Assembly: GCA_964016885.1 (NCBI GenBank)
Contig: OZ024746.1
Coordinates: 15,128,001 to 15,192,000 of the forward strand
Direction: 5' to 3'
Origin: Eledone cirrhosa
Taxonomy: Eukaryota
DNA: 64,000 bases
In this document: piece after piece, positions 13,344 through 25,142 of the stretch
How positions within the stretch are numbered: the first letter of the stretch is position 1
Layout: each line of letters opens with the position of its first letter
The notes under the pieces: generated by a model
The model's database searches: none
Seen by the model: only the letters and a program-made list of their open reading frames with translations
Told to the model about the DNA's origin: nothing
Program-made: the position numbers and the translations under genes

Positions 13344-13610
13344 CACCGTATGTACTTACTTGGTAGTCGTGTGAACTTTTGTATAGTTCTGAGCTCTTCA
13401 CATCAATGGAAATGTCAGCTGTAGTAATCGATTGGTGAGATGTCAGTTTGTGTGTGTATATATCGCCGTGTGTGTGTATATATGGTCGTGTGCGTCTATA
13501 TATAGCTATGTGTATGAGCGCGTGTATATGTGTCTATCGGTATGTGAGCGTGTGCAAGTGAGCGCACACCTGGGTCTGTGCGCGTGTGTATATGTTTCCA
13601 TGTATGTATG

Positions 13611-13653
<43 letters not shown>

Positions 13654-13730
13654 ATGTGTGTATGTGTGTGTGTGTATGTATATGTGTGTGTGTGTGTATG
13701 TGTGTGTGTATATAATGTTTGTCTATCCAC
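10661..13730. repeat. Compound AC/AT/ATAC microsatellite field with 60-bp tandem duplication at 11455-11590
   Basis: Long (CA)n, (TA)n, (TACA)n runs visible directly. Confidence 0.9.
13175..13290. repeat. Near-perfect 116-bp palindrome at the end of a TA-flanked repeat
   Basis: ataggaaaatg..aaccccgacggc.gagctcaagcc.tttcg.cggctatttc / gaaatagccg.cgaaa.ggcttgagctc.gccgtcggggtt..cattttcctat. Confidence 0.85.
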
Positions 13731-14704
13731 GCGTCTAGTGTTTTGCTAATAGGCTTTTAATACCGCCGACAGAAAGATAAGGCCTAACATGAACCAATCA
13801 TGAACAGTTCATTGTTAACACTAAATCGTCATGCGCTTTATTTATTTCATAGCATGGCAAATCTCTCCTCCGTATTTATCGATTTATATGAAACAATCTC
13901 TCAATATTATCGATTTTATCTGAGAGGTAGCAATATTACAGATGTTTCCATATTTTAGCAGAGATGTATGTTGTTCTGTTGTTGATATATTTAACTTTGT
14001 TCCAACGATACAACAAACAACATCTTTCGATAAAGATGGCAACATAAATTCTTTGTTTCGATTTGACTCAAAGACTGTGTATGTGTGTGTGTGCGTGTAA
14101 GTGCGTCTGCTCCTGTGTGTGCATGTGTGTGCGTCTATGTGTGTGTGTGTGTGTGCATGCGCGCGTCTGCCAATGTATGTATGAATGCGTGGGGTGGGAT
14201 GGGATTGGGGAGGGGATGATGTGAACAGGAGGGATGTGCAGAGTGGAATGTTAGAACATTCCACTCTGCACCCAAACATTATTATAATGTGAGTGAAGCT
14301 CTACCTAAACCTTGCAAATATCGATCCTTAAAATATTATGTTCCAAATATATTCTTAAACAGATGATTGATTCGATTGGAAAAAAAAAAAAAAATCCATT
14401 TCCTCCAAAATACGCACAAATACAAAAACAAACAAAATCCCCAAACCCCAAGACCCTCCCCAGTCAGGGCAACGTTTATCCAGACACCTCCACCTTACCT
14501 GTCAATACATTTATCTCGGAAAAGAGAATAATTTTATAATGTTTTAAGTAATCCTTCATTGAAATAATTAGCATGTGAAATGTCTTTATTTTGAAAATAG
14601 GGGGTTATAGAAAAATTGGTCATTAGTTTGTTATTTAGACATATTTTGTAGCCAACTTCTGGACGAATTTGTATTCAAATACAATCATTTTTTTTCGTGC
14701 CGGT

Positions 14705-15250
14705 CGCCTTCAACACACCTGGTGTCTTTGGTCCCCGAATTGCTGCCTTCAACACACCTGGTGCCTTTGGTCCCCGAATTGCTGCCGTCGACACAGCTAG
14801 TGTCTTTGGTCCCCGAATTGCTGCCATCAACACACCTGGTGCCTTTGGTCCCCAAATTGCTGCCGTCGACACAGCTAGTGTCTTTGGTCCCCGAATTGCT
14901 GCCATCAACACACCTGGTGCCTTTGGTCCCCGAATTGCTGCCGTCGACACAGCTAGTGTCTTTGGTCCTCGAATTGCTGCCATCAACACACCTGGTGCCT
15001 TTGGTCCCCGAATTGCTGCCGTCGACACAGCTAGTGTCTTTGGTCCTCGAATTGCTGCCATCAACACACCTGGTGCCTTTGGTCCCCAAATTGCTGCCGT
15101 CGACACAGCTAGTGTCTTTGGTCCTCGAATTGCTGCCATCAACACACCTGGTGCCTTTGGTCCCCGAATTGCTGCCGTCGACACACCTGGTGTCTTTGGT
15201 CCCCGAATTGCTGCCGTCGACACAGCTAGTGTCTTTGGTCCTCGAATTGC
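14705..15250. repeat. 39-bp minisatellite, about 14 units, alternating A/B variants (78-bp higher order)
   Basis: Units tgctgccgtcgacacagctagtgtctttggtcc.cgaat and tgctgccatcaacacacctggtgcctttggtccc.aat alternate. Confidence 0.95.
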
Positions 15251-15344
15251 CGTTTTTACTCTGCAAAATCTGAAGGAATGCGTCCCACCCGAGGACGAAG
15301 CTTCGTGGCCGAGGCAGCATGTGTCGCTGGCTGTTCGTGGCCAT

Positions 15345-16888
15345 GTACAGCTGAGATATACCACCTAGAATCGGGTGAGTAATGACAGGGATACAGCTGA
15401 GATATACCACATAGACAGGGGTACAGCTGAGATATATCACATAGACAGAGGTACAGCTGAGATATACCACCTAGACTGGGGTACAGCTGAGATATACCAC
15501 ATAGACAGGGGTACGGCTGAGATATACCACAGAGACAGGGGTACAGCTGAGATATACCACATAGACAGGGGTACAGCTGAGATATACCACCTAGACTGGG
15601 GTACAGCTGAGATATACCACATAGACAGAGGTACAGCTGAGATATACCACCTAGACTGGGGTACAGCTGAGATATACCACATGGACAGGGGTACAGCTGA
15701 GATATACCACAGAGACAGGGGTACAGCTGAGATATACCACATAGACTGGGGTACAGCTGAGATATACCACATAGACAGGGGTACAGCTGAGATATACCAC
15801 CTAGACTTGGGTACAGCTGAGATATACCACCTAGACTGGGGTACAGCTGAGATATACCACATAGACAGAGGTACAGCTGAGATATACCACATAGACAGAG
15901 GTACAGCTGAGATATACCACATAGACAGGGGTACAGCTGAGATATACCACCTAGACTGGGGTACAGCTGAGATATACCACATAGACTGGGGTACAGCTGA
16001 GATATACCACATAGACTGGGGTACAGCTGAGATATACCACATAGACAGGGGTACAGCTGAGATATACCACCTAGACTTGGGTACAGCTGAGATATACCAC
16101 CTAGACTGGGGTACAGCTGAGATATACCACATAGACAGAGGTACAGCTGAGATATACCACATAGACAGAGGTACAGCTGAGATATACCACATAGACAGGG
16201 GTACAGCTGAGATATACCACCTAGACTGGGGTACAGCTGAGATATACCACATAGACTGGGGTACAGCTGAGATATACCACATAGACTGGGGTACAGCTGA
16301 GATATACCACATAGACTGGGGTTCAGCTGAGATATACCACATAGACTGGGGTACAGCTGAGATATACCACCTAGACAAGGGTACAGCTGAGATATACCAC
16401 ATAGACTGGGGTACAGCTGAGATATACCACCTAGACAGGGGTACAGCTGAGATATACCACATAGACAGAGGTACAGCTGAGATATACCACATAGACAAGG
16501 GTACAGCTGAGATATACCACATAGACAGGGGTACAGCTGAGATATACCACATAGACAGGGGTACAGCTGAGATATACCACATAGACTGGGGTACAGCTGA
16601 GATATACCACCTAGACAGGCGTACAGCTGAGATATACCACATAGACAGAGGTACAGCTGAGATATACCACATAGACAGGGGTACAGCTGAGATATACCAC
16701 ATAGACAGGGGTACAGCTGAGATATACCACATAGACAGGGGTACAGCTGAGATATACCACATAGACAGAGGTACAGCTGAGATATACCACCTAGACAGGG
16801 GTACAGCTGAGATATACCACATAGACAGAGGTACAGCTGAGATATACCACCTAGACTGGGGTACAGCTGAGATATACCACATAGACAG
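15345..16888. repeat. 30-bp minisatellite, about 51 units
   Basis: Unit gtacagctgagatataccac(a/c)tagac(a/t)(g/t)(g/a)g repeated head-to-tail. Confidence 0.97.
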
Positions 16889-17788
16889 GAGTATACAGTA
16901 TGTTGCTCCCTCTCTCTCCTTTACTTTCGCTATTCAATTTTTTTCTCTCTTTTTCGCTTTTTTTTAAAATACACAAACGTTGCTGGATTATAAAGTATTA
17001 AGTTTCACAAGTACAAAGAAAATTGGATTGATCCCAATTTGCTGAAACAACCACAAATATTTTATAAAAAGATACTTACGTTGAGACGTCTGGTTTAATG
17101 GTTAGTGTGTTCAGCTGCCGGTCATGAATTGAATTTAACAGCTTTATTTCACGTTGCTCCAATCGACCAAGCTGGCAAAAAGGTGTTGTACCTTCACACA
17201 CTGTGGCACACTGAATGAAAACTACGTTATGACTACACGTGTCTATGGAATGCTCATTCTTGCTGACTCTCTCTGCGAACTTACATTAAGGACCCCTCAC
17301 TGTATTTTAATTTCAAAAGCAGGTTCTTCCTTGAGTCAAACAACCGGAATAGTCGTCTTCGTATGCAACGGAGCTCAAACGACAGCACACTACTAACAAC
17401 TAGAAAAAACATGATTTCATTATATTTTAATATATCTATTATATACGTAACAGTTGAACAACCACCAAAAATAATTTTTGATACAATTGGCGTGGGTTGC
17501 AATGAAGAATGAAGCACTCTATAGATAGCAGTTGTGTAAGCCGTCTGTTGTTGGGATGGGATGTTTGTGTTGAGGGTGAATATATTTTCTTTCAGTCTAA
17601 CGTAATAACGAGATTAGTAGGTAGCTGAGCAATTGGAGGAGTTAGGTTTGTTACCTTTATTTTAAACAGACGAATATAAATGAAGAATATTCAAGGTGCA
17701 ATAAGTCGCCTTTACCCACCCGCACCTTCAACATGACAAACCATAACTAATATACACACAAAGGACATACTCTTGCAAACAACACATA

Positions 17789-17824
<36 letters not shown>

Positions 17825-18579
17825 ACCATTTAACAATATATATATAAACCTTAATTTAATATTATTCTTAACCCCTTTTTCTCTTCATCAACTTTTAATT
17901 TCAAATTCTTTTAAATTATCTATTATCTTCCAACGGCTTTTTAACTTCTCTCTGTGAGGCAATATTTTTTTTTCTCAGTTGTAAAGGCTATCTCTCTCTC
18001 TCTCTATCACCCATCTCTCCTCGTCTTTCATCCTTCCTTCTTATACTCCTCCCCCACCATTCTTTACTCTCATCTCCTCTTCCTTACCTTTTCCAACCTC
18101 CCCTCACTTTTTCCAAATATCACACATCAATCTTAAATTATTTTTCATATGTTGATTTAAAACTTCACTATTCACAAGTGTTTTTTAAGCTTCATATCAT
18201 GTATCCCTATTTTATCTGATGAAAACGCAGATATCATCTCATGATGATATTTGTTTTTGAAATGCGCATAATAAAATACTTGGAACTCTTTTAACCATCT
18301 TTTGATCTTATATATATATATATATATATATAAATGAAAAAATATCGTTTTTTACAAAAACAATATAAAAATTGGAAGGAGGTTGGTGGAGAAGTAAAAA
18401 CAGCTCAAAATACAGTAATTTATTATAATAAACAGTACAAAAGGCTGTTTCATACTTCTTTGAAAGATTTTTCAAACAAACATGTGTACAAAATCCTATT
18501 GTGTTAAAAGTAATAATTACACACGAAGCAAATTATTCATTAAAGTAATTACCAAATACGTTTTTACATTAAATATTGA

Positions 18580-18945
18580 TTTACGAACGTTTCGTCCCCT
18601 TATTGGGACGCTGTGCCGTTATTTTCGAGGTTTCAAATATGAATGGTACGTTTTTGTCAGGATGTCTGAAGGTTGTTTCGTGGTTCAGGAAACGGCTTTT
18701 GAACTGGCTCCCAGACATTCCTACATAAGTGCAGGCTTCAGTTTGGTGGAGGTCACATCTGCTTCATATAACACTGCTGGAGTGTTGCACTGTTGATCCA
18801 AGGGCATGCCTCTGGCCTTCTAGATGAGCATCCATAAGTGGGAAGGCTTTTGCGTTTGTTGGTGATGTGGGATTTTATGTTACTGGTACAAGAGTAGCCT
18901 ATTTTTATTGTATGTCGGTTGAATATTTGGTATTTATGGCCTATA
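18580..18945 (-). pseudogene. Penelope-like retroelement fragment
   Basis: Minus strand 18860-18940 reads HKYQIFNRHTIKIGYSCTSNIKSHIT, matching the recalled KIFNRNT.K.SYSC..N motif after Penelope RT; stem gtccc...gggac followed by gaaac at 18588-18610 resembles a decayed hammerhead core. Confidence 0.6.
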
Positions 18946-19076
18946 CATATACGTATATTAGAGTAAATAAATAATATGCATTTTTCTTCTGAAGGGAACC
19001 CAATATCGCTACCCTGGTTATGTGCTTTACATCATAAACAATAAAATAAAGAACCAGTTATTACTGTGGTTTATAT

Positions 19077-19392
19077 CAGGGATTCTCAACCTTTTTTTCG
19101 CTGTGGATCACCAAAATAAGTAATTTTATCCTGTGGACCACCTAAACTTTAAAATCTTTTGTAATAGAACTGCTACTTATAAGCATCAGTAGATGTTTTT
19201 TTCAATGAATTAGAAAATGTTATTATCATGTCACAGTGCCTAAAAATCTACGCAAATAAACAGCTGAAGTCGTACTTATGCGAAGAATAAGAACAGCGCT
19301 TTAAGTCAAATGCATGGATCAAAAAAGAATTTGCTATTGAAAATTTTCTGTGGACCACTAGTGGTCCACATGGACCAGGTTGAGAACCCCTG
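19077..19392. mobile_element. hAT MITE (316 bp) inserted in a SINE
   Basis: TIRs cagggattctcaac / gttgagaacccctg; 8-bp TSD GTTTATAT at 19069-19076 and 19393-19400. Confidence 0.9.
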
Positions 19393-19784
19393 GTTTATAT
19401 AATGCCCCCACCCCACAAAGATTTGGCGTTGTCTATAAATTAGAAACCATTATAGATGTTTTCTTTTAGAAAATGTGGATTTGAGTTGTGATCATTGTAG
19501 GTATCTAAACTTAGGTTCCTCAAGTAAAAACGAAGGTGGCAAATTGACAAAGTCATTACACAGAATGTTTTATGGTTACCGTTCCGAATTGAAATCCTGC
19601 TGAGATCAATTTTGCCTTTCATCCTTTTGAGGTTGATAAATAAAGTACCAGTCAAATACTGGGGTCGATTTTTCCACTGTATCTCTATCTTACTTATATC
19701 CTCTCTCTTACTCTCTTTCTACTTCTCTGGAAGAAATTGGCTGTATTCAAACCTGGGAAGGGGGATGGGCCCAGCCAGGTTAAA

Positions 19785-20035
19785 AATATACCCATGGTAC
19801 ACCATATGTCACAATGGTGGCCCTATTTAAAAAATACCCATGGTACACCATACGTCACAATGGTGGCCCTATTTAAAAAGTACCCATGGTACACCATATG
19901 TCACAATGGTGGCCCTATTTAAAAAGTACCCATGGTACACCATATGTCACAATGGTGGCCCTATTTAAAAAGTACCCATGGTACAGCATATGTCACGACG
20001 ACAACTGTATTAAAAAAATACCCATGGTACACCAT
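19785..20035. repeat. 46-47-bp tandem repeat (about 5 copies) expanded inside a SINE tail
   Basis: Unit tacccatggtacaccatatgtcacaatggtggccctatttaaaaag. Confidence 0.85.
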
Positions 20036-20350
20036 GTCATGATGTCACCCCTAGGACTCCATACAAACAAATCAAAATGAATGCAATGTTTGGAACTTAA
20101 GATATTGACAAAATGACACATTAGTGGAGCAACATCTGTTTGACTTACAAAATGATCTGATACAGTTATTATCAGGTCAGATTCTATGAAAGATTGTAAC
20201 TGAAATCAAGGTGACTAAGTACTTTGCAACCATCATTGCCTCTACTTTTGATATTAGAATATATATATATATATATATGGACCCATAACTCCTGGTAGAG
20301 TTGAACAAGTGCTTTAGTAAGATACAGCGTTTCTTGGACATTTTATTTAA

Positions 20351-20569
20351 CCCTTTAGCATTTGCATTAATCTATATTTACTATTGTATTTTCACAGTAA
20401 AGGTTTTATCTCACATAATTATCTCATAATATCAAATCTATGAGATTTTGATATTATTTATTTTGAGAACAATGCCTAAACGTTGGAATAAGTAGCCAGC
20501 TATGGTTGGTTTGAACAGAAATAGGTGAGAGAATTCTGGTTGGATACAGCCGGTTTAAATGCTTAAGGG
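20351..20569. mobile_element. piggyBac-type MITE (diverged second copy at ~57849-58068)
   Basis: TTAA on both sides (20347-20350, 20570-20573); TIRs ccctttagcattt / aaatgcttaaggg. Confidence 0.8.
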
Positions 20570-21486
20570 TTAAACCTGTCTGAACCCATACCCACATCGT
20601 ATCTGAATGCAGCCAATTTCTTCCAGAGTAAGAAAAAAGTGAAGTTGAGAGGCTTAGTGGTTAGAGAATTAGATTCGCAATTATGAGGTTGCAAATTTGA
20701 CTCCAAGACTGGCCAATGCATTATGTCCTTGGGCAATGTTGCTGTTTCATGCTAGGAGTTGTTCTTTCTGCTATGAGTTGTGGCTGGTAGATAGTATTAA
20801 CAATGGAGATAGTATTAACAATGGAAAGACCAATGGAAACATAAGCTGGCATTTTTTTATTTCATCAACTCCAGTATCGGACTGGTATTTTTTATTTGAT
20901 CAACCCTGGAAAGATGTAATGCAAATTGACATAAGCTGTATTTGAACTCAGAGCTTAGAGAACTGGAAAGAATATTGCAAAGTATTCTATCTGACGTTCT
21001 AACGACTGTCAATTCTTCATCTATACCCTTGATATTTACACACACACATACTAGATAAAAATAATATAAATTCTCATTATGTTATCTAGTTTTTAACAGC
21101 AACTTTCAGAATTCAATAAACATCTCTGATCTAACAAAGTAAAGTGATGTGCACTTTATCATTATGCCTAGTTATGATAAGTTTAACAATAGGCAGTGAT
21201 AAACTAATCTACATGGGTTCATTAAGTCTATCTTTCTAAATAAAATGTTGTTCTATTTCCAAAGCACTTAGCAAAAAAGTGTGGATAAAGTTCAATTTTT
21301 AATTATGTATGTACCATAGTACTTGGGTTATAAGAAGGATCTTAAGGTGGCATATTGGCAGTCATTAAGGCAGCAGATTGGCAGAATTGCTAAAGGGGCA
21401 GATTAAAAATACCTTGGTATTTGATCTGGCTCACTACTCTCTGAGTTCTAATCCCACCATGATCAACTCTGCCTTTCATTCTTATA

Positions 21487-22018
21487 TCTATATAAATGGC
21501 AATTTCTGTCTGTTTGTTTGTGGATTTGTTTGTGAACCTAAAACTCAAAAACTACCAAACCGATCTTGATGAAACTTGACACGTGTGTGGGGCTCATGTC
21601 CATTTGATTTCTTACGTACTTTGAAGTTGAAAAAAAATCAATAATTTTCAGTCTGCATCAATTTTTTAAAAAATGAATAGGAAATTTGTATGCAAATGCT
21701 CATATGAATGTTATTTTCTGCCATAACTTTTAAAGCTCTCAACAGATTTCCTTCAAACCTGAAACACAGATTATGTGCTAAGGGTGGCTTTATGTTAAAG
21801 AAAATTATCCAGATCTCTCGAGCAAAGCGTAAGCTGATTTTTGATTAACTGATGAGCGAAATTTGGCTTCAGCAATTGCGAGCTTAAAATGTTCTCCATA
21901 AATCAACTTAATATTCTCTGCTTGCTGTAACATTTATTTTTGGTCTGAGAGGCATTGAGCATTTTAATGGAAACTGGGAATACTCCCGCTCCCGGGTATT
22001 ACCGGGTACCTCAGCTAG
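21487..22018 (+). mobile_element. Non-autonomous Helitron
   Basis: 5' TC after A, 3' hairpin cccgggtattaccggg (21991-22006) then CTAG followed by T; no TSD; interrupts a SINE. Confidence 0.8.
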
Positions 22019-22889
22019 TATATATATGTCAAAGTAAATGATATATATGGTTTACGGTTATCTAAGGTAAGGTTATGAGTAATTTGTACTGTGGAATATT
22101 TTAACGTGTGGTATTGGTTGACTCAACGAGATGTTTACTTAGTTTTTTGGAGGGTTGATTCCAGAAAGTTCCATGGTTAGTATTTCTTGGAGTATTAATA
22201 ACAAATAAATGATGATTAACACGCTCACCCATGTTAATAATTTATTCACTATATCATCATTTCCAAATTTAAAGGTTTCTTAGGAACTTTCAATATTTAT
22301 TTCAGGTTTTGCCGTTTGAAGAGCTCAGGCTATCTATCCTAACTGATTGTCCTCAGTGAAATATGTATAATGGAGTTTTAAATAAACCTGAATCAACTGA
22401 ATATGGCCTCCGATCTGTTATTCATATATATATATATATGTGTGTGTGTATGTATATATATATATCTATATATTCTTTCAAGATTCGAAATGGTTATGAC
22501 AATACACTCAATTGGAATGTGGTTGTTAAGAATCAAGAGAAAGACACAAAAATAATTGTTTCTACTTTTGGCACAAGGCCAGCAATTATCCCAGTACATG
22601 ACTGGTACTTTATTTTATTGACCCCGTAAGGATGAAAGGTAAAGTTAAAAATAATGTCAGAGAAACCTACTTAAACAGCAACCGCTGTTAATGTTAGTTC
22701 TGGCAAACCAAAATAATTCGACTGAAGGAACAAAAAAAAGAAAAAAAAAAGAGAAAAAAAAAAGAAAAAAAAAAGAAAACGAAAACATGACCAAGAAGAA
22801 ATTATAATTATTGGTGGGAAAATGTCAGATTTTGTAGTAATATCATAAATAACAGTTAAACTAATGAAGAAATAATATTTTAAGTAGCT

Positions 22890-23220
22890 TATTGGGGTTA
22901 GGGATAGGTTAGAACTAGGGCTTTGGTTAGGAATAGGGTTAGAGTTAGGGTAGGGTTATGGCTTTGGTTAGGGTTAGGTATAGGGTTAGAGTTAGGCTTT
23001 GGTTAAAGTTAGTGGTATGTTTAGGATCAGGGTTTTGGTTAGAGTTAATTGTTTAGAATTAAGGGTTTGGTTAGGGTTATGTTTAGAATTAGGTCTTGGA
23101 TTAGGGTTAGAGTTTGTGTTAGGGTTGGGGGTTAGGGTTATATTGAGAATTAAGGTTTGGGTTAGACTTATGGTTAGATTTAGATTTAGGGTTACAGTTT
23201 AGTTTTAAGGTTAGGGTTAG
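22890..23220 (+). repeat. Degenerate interstitial (TTAGGG)n-like tract
   Basis: Many ttaggg/ttagag/tttggt variants over ~330 bp. Confidence 0.8.
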
Positions 23221-24114
23221 TGTGTGAATACTGAAACTTTTTTCTTGTGATTATTCAACACCACTTTCTGAATTCATGTATATGTCACTCTTAACACAAC
23301 GAAAACAAGACACATAAACACCCACACATACCCAGAATGATTAGGGTTAGCGTGTGTGTGTTAGTGTGTATGTGTGTGTATCCATATATCTGTGTGTATG
23401 TTAGTGTGTGAGTGCATGTATATATATGTGAGTGTGTTTGTGTGTGTAGGAGTATGTGTGTATATATGTGTGCATGTATGTGAGTGTGTGTGCTGTAAAC
23501 TTTTTCCTGACATTTTGAGTAATTTTTATTGAATGACCTTTTTTGTGACCGTTTTCCTGTGACATTATGCCTCCCCCTTCAACCTGTTACTGCTGCTGTT
23601 GATGATGATGATGGTGATGATAATGATGACGAGAATGGTAACGATGGTGATAATAATGATAATGCTGATAATAATTTAGAGATTTTAATTCAAACCAATG
23701 TTTTTCAAGATAAAAAAAAGCATTTTAAAATAAAAATGTATTAAAGCTATGAAAGTATAATCATGGTTGTTGATACCAACTTGATTCTGAGAGTTTGTTT
23801 GTTTTTAGAGACAGTTAAATATGGCAGCCATGATGTCTAGGACGGACAAAACAGGGCTGTCCCAGTTTGATATAGTGTAGCTGTTGGTATATGTTACCAG
23901 GTGGAGGGCATGGTTGGAAAGTACCATTTTACTATAGAACAGCATCTAGAAGAGTCAAGGAGGAGGAGAGGTGTGGCTTATTCATCTTCAGCCTCCTTTC
24001 AGTTTGTAGTTGATTCTCCTCGAGTCTTTCTGTAGCATTTGAAAACATCTGACCCTTTAAAGATGGATCACTTCCAGGTTTTAGGGTTTCTTCAGATTTA
24101 AAATAAATATAATA

Positions 24115-24374
24115 TCATAAGAGAAAAGGAATAACTGCCCTTCTCTGTGGTGGGTAGGATGATATCATAGTTTTATACCACCTGTGGTTTAATAGACCAG
24201 ATATTAATTGATTGGTAATTACAAATAACAGTAACGACAACAGAGGTGTGTTAGAAAAAGATGACATCATGTTAAAGGATGTATGAATAAGTATTTCCAT
24301 GAAAAAATGTGGACAAGATACCAACTGGAAGAGGTCCCCATAAGGAATATAGTAGTCTGTGTTCTTTACTCGAT
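24115..24374 (-). CDS. SRD5A3: Polyprenol reductase exon 5 (last)
   Basis: Acceptor ttttgcag at 24375-24376; NRVKNTDYYIPYGDLFQLVSCPHFFMEILI...NQLISGLLNHRWY...YPPQRRAVIPFLL*; steroid 5-alpha-reductase C-terminal motifs; phase matches exon 4. Confidence 0.92.
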
Positions 24375-24659
24375 CTGCAAAATATTGAAAAAAAAAACAA
24401 CAAATAACTTAAAATATTGATTTCTAATCGAAACGAAAGACCAGCAATTTTGGAAGAAAAGGCAAAGTTGATTATATAGACCCCAGTACTTGACTGGTAC
24501 TTTATTTTATTGATTCTGGAAGGATGAAGGGTAAAGTTGATCTCAGTGGGGATTTGAACTCAGAATGTAAAGAACCAGAACAAATACTGGAATGGTATTT
24601 TATCCGACACTCTACTGATTCTGTCAATTCATCAAACTTAAGTTAATATATTTTAATGA

Positions 24660-25110
24660 TAACTACATACATAAACACACAGATACATAGACACACACAT
24701 ACATAGACACACACACATAGACACACAGATACATAGACACACAGATACATAGACACACACATACATAGACACACACATACATAGACACACAGATACATAG
24801 ACACACACATAGACACACAGATACATAGACACACAGATACATAGACACACACATACATAAACACACACATACATAGACACACAGATACATAGACACACAG
24901 ATACATAGACACACACATAGACACACAGATACATAGACACACAGATACATAGACACACACAGATACATAGACACACAGATACATAGACACACACATACAT
25001 AAACACACATATACATAGACACACAGATACATAGACACACAGATACATAGACACACACATACATAGACACACACATACATAGACACACACATACATAAAC
25101 ACACACATTC
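24660..25110. repeat. Compound (CATAGACACACAGATA)-like repeat in SRD5A3 intron 4
   Basis: Visible directly. Confidence 0.9.
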
Positions 25111-25142
25111 ATATATTAGGTGACACACACATTACACACATA

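Noticed and set aside
14675-16967. Long repetitive ORFs (223-530 aa) on both strands, and a CRISPR-like appearance
   Set aside because: Translations of 39- and 30-bp minisatellites; units are head-to-tail with no unique spacers, no cas genes, eukaryotic context.
18585-18615. Active hammerhead ribozyme
   Set aside because: Stem II and GAAAC are present but the CUGANGA core is missing.
22890-23220. True telomere or chromosome-fusion site
   Set aside because: Short, highly degenerate, single orientation, internal.
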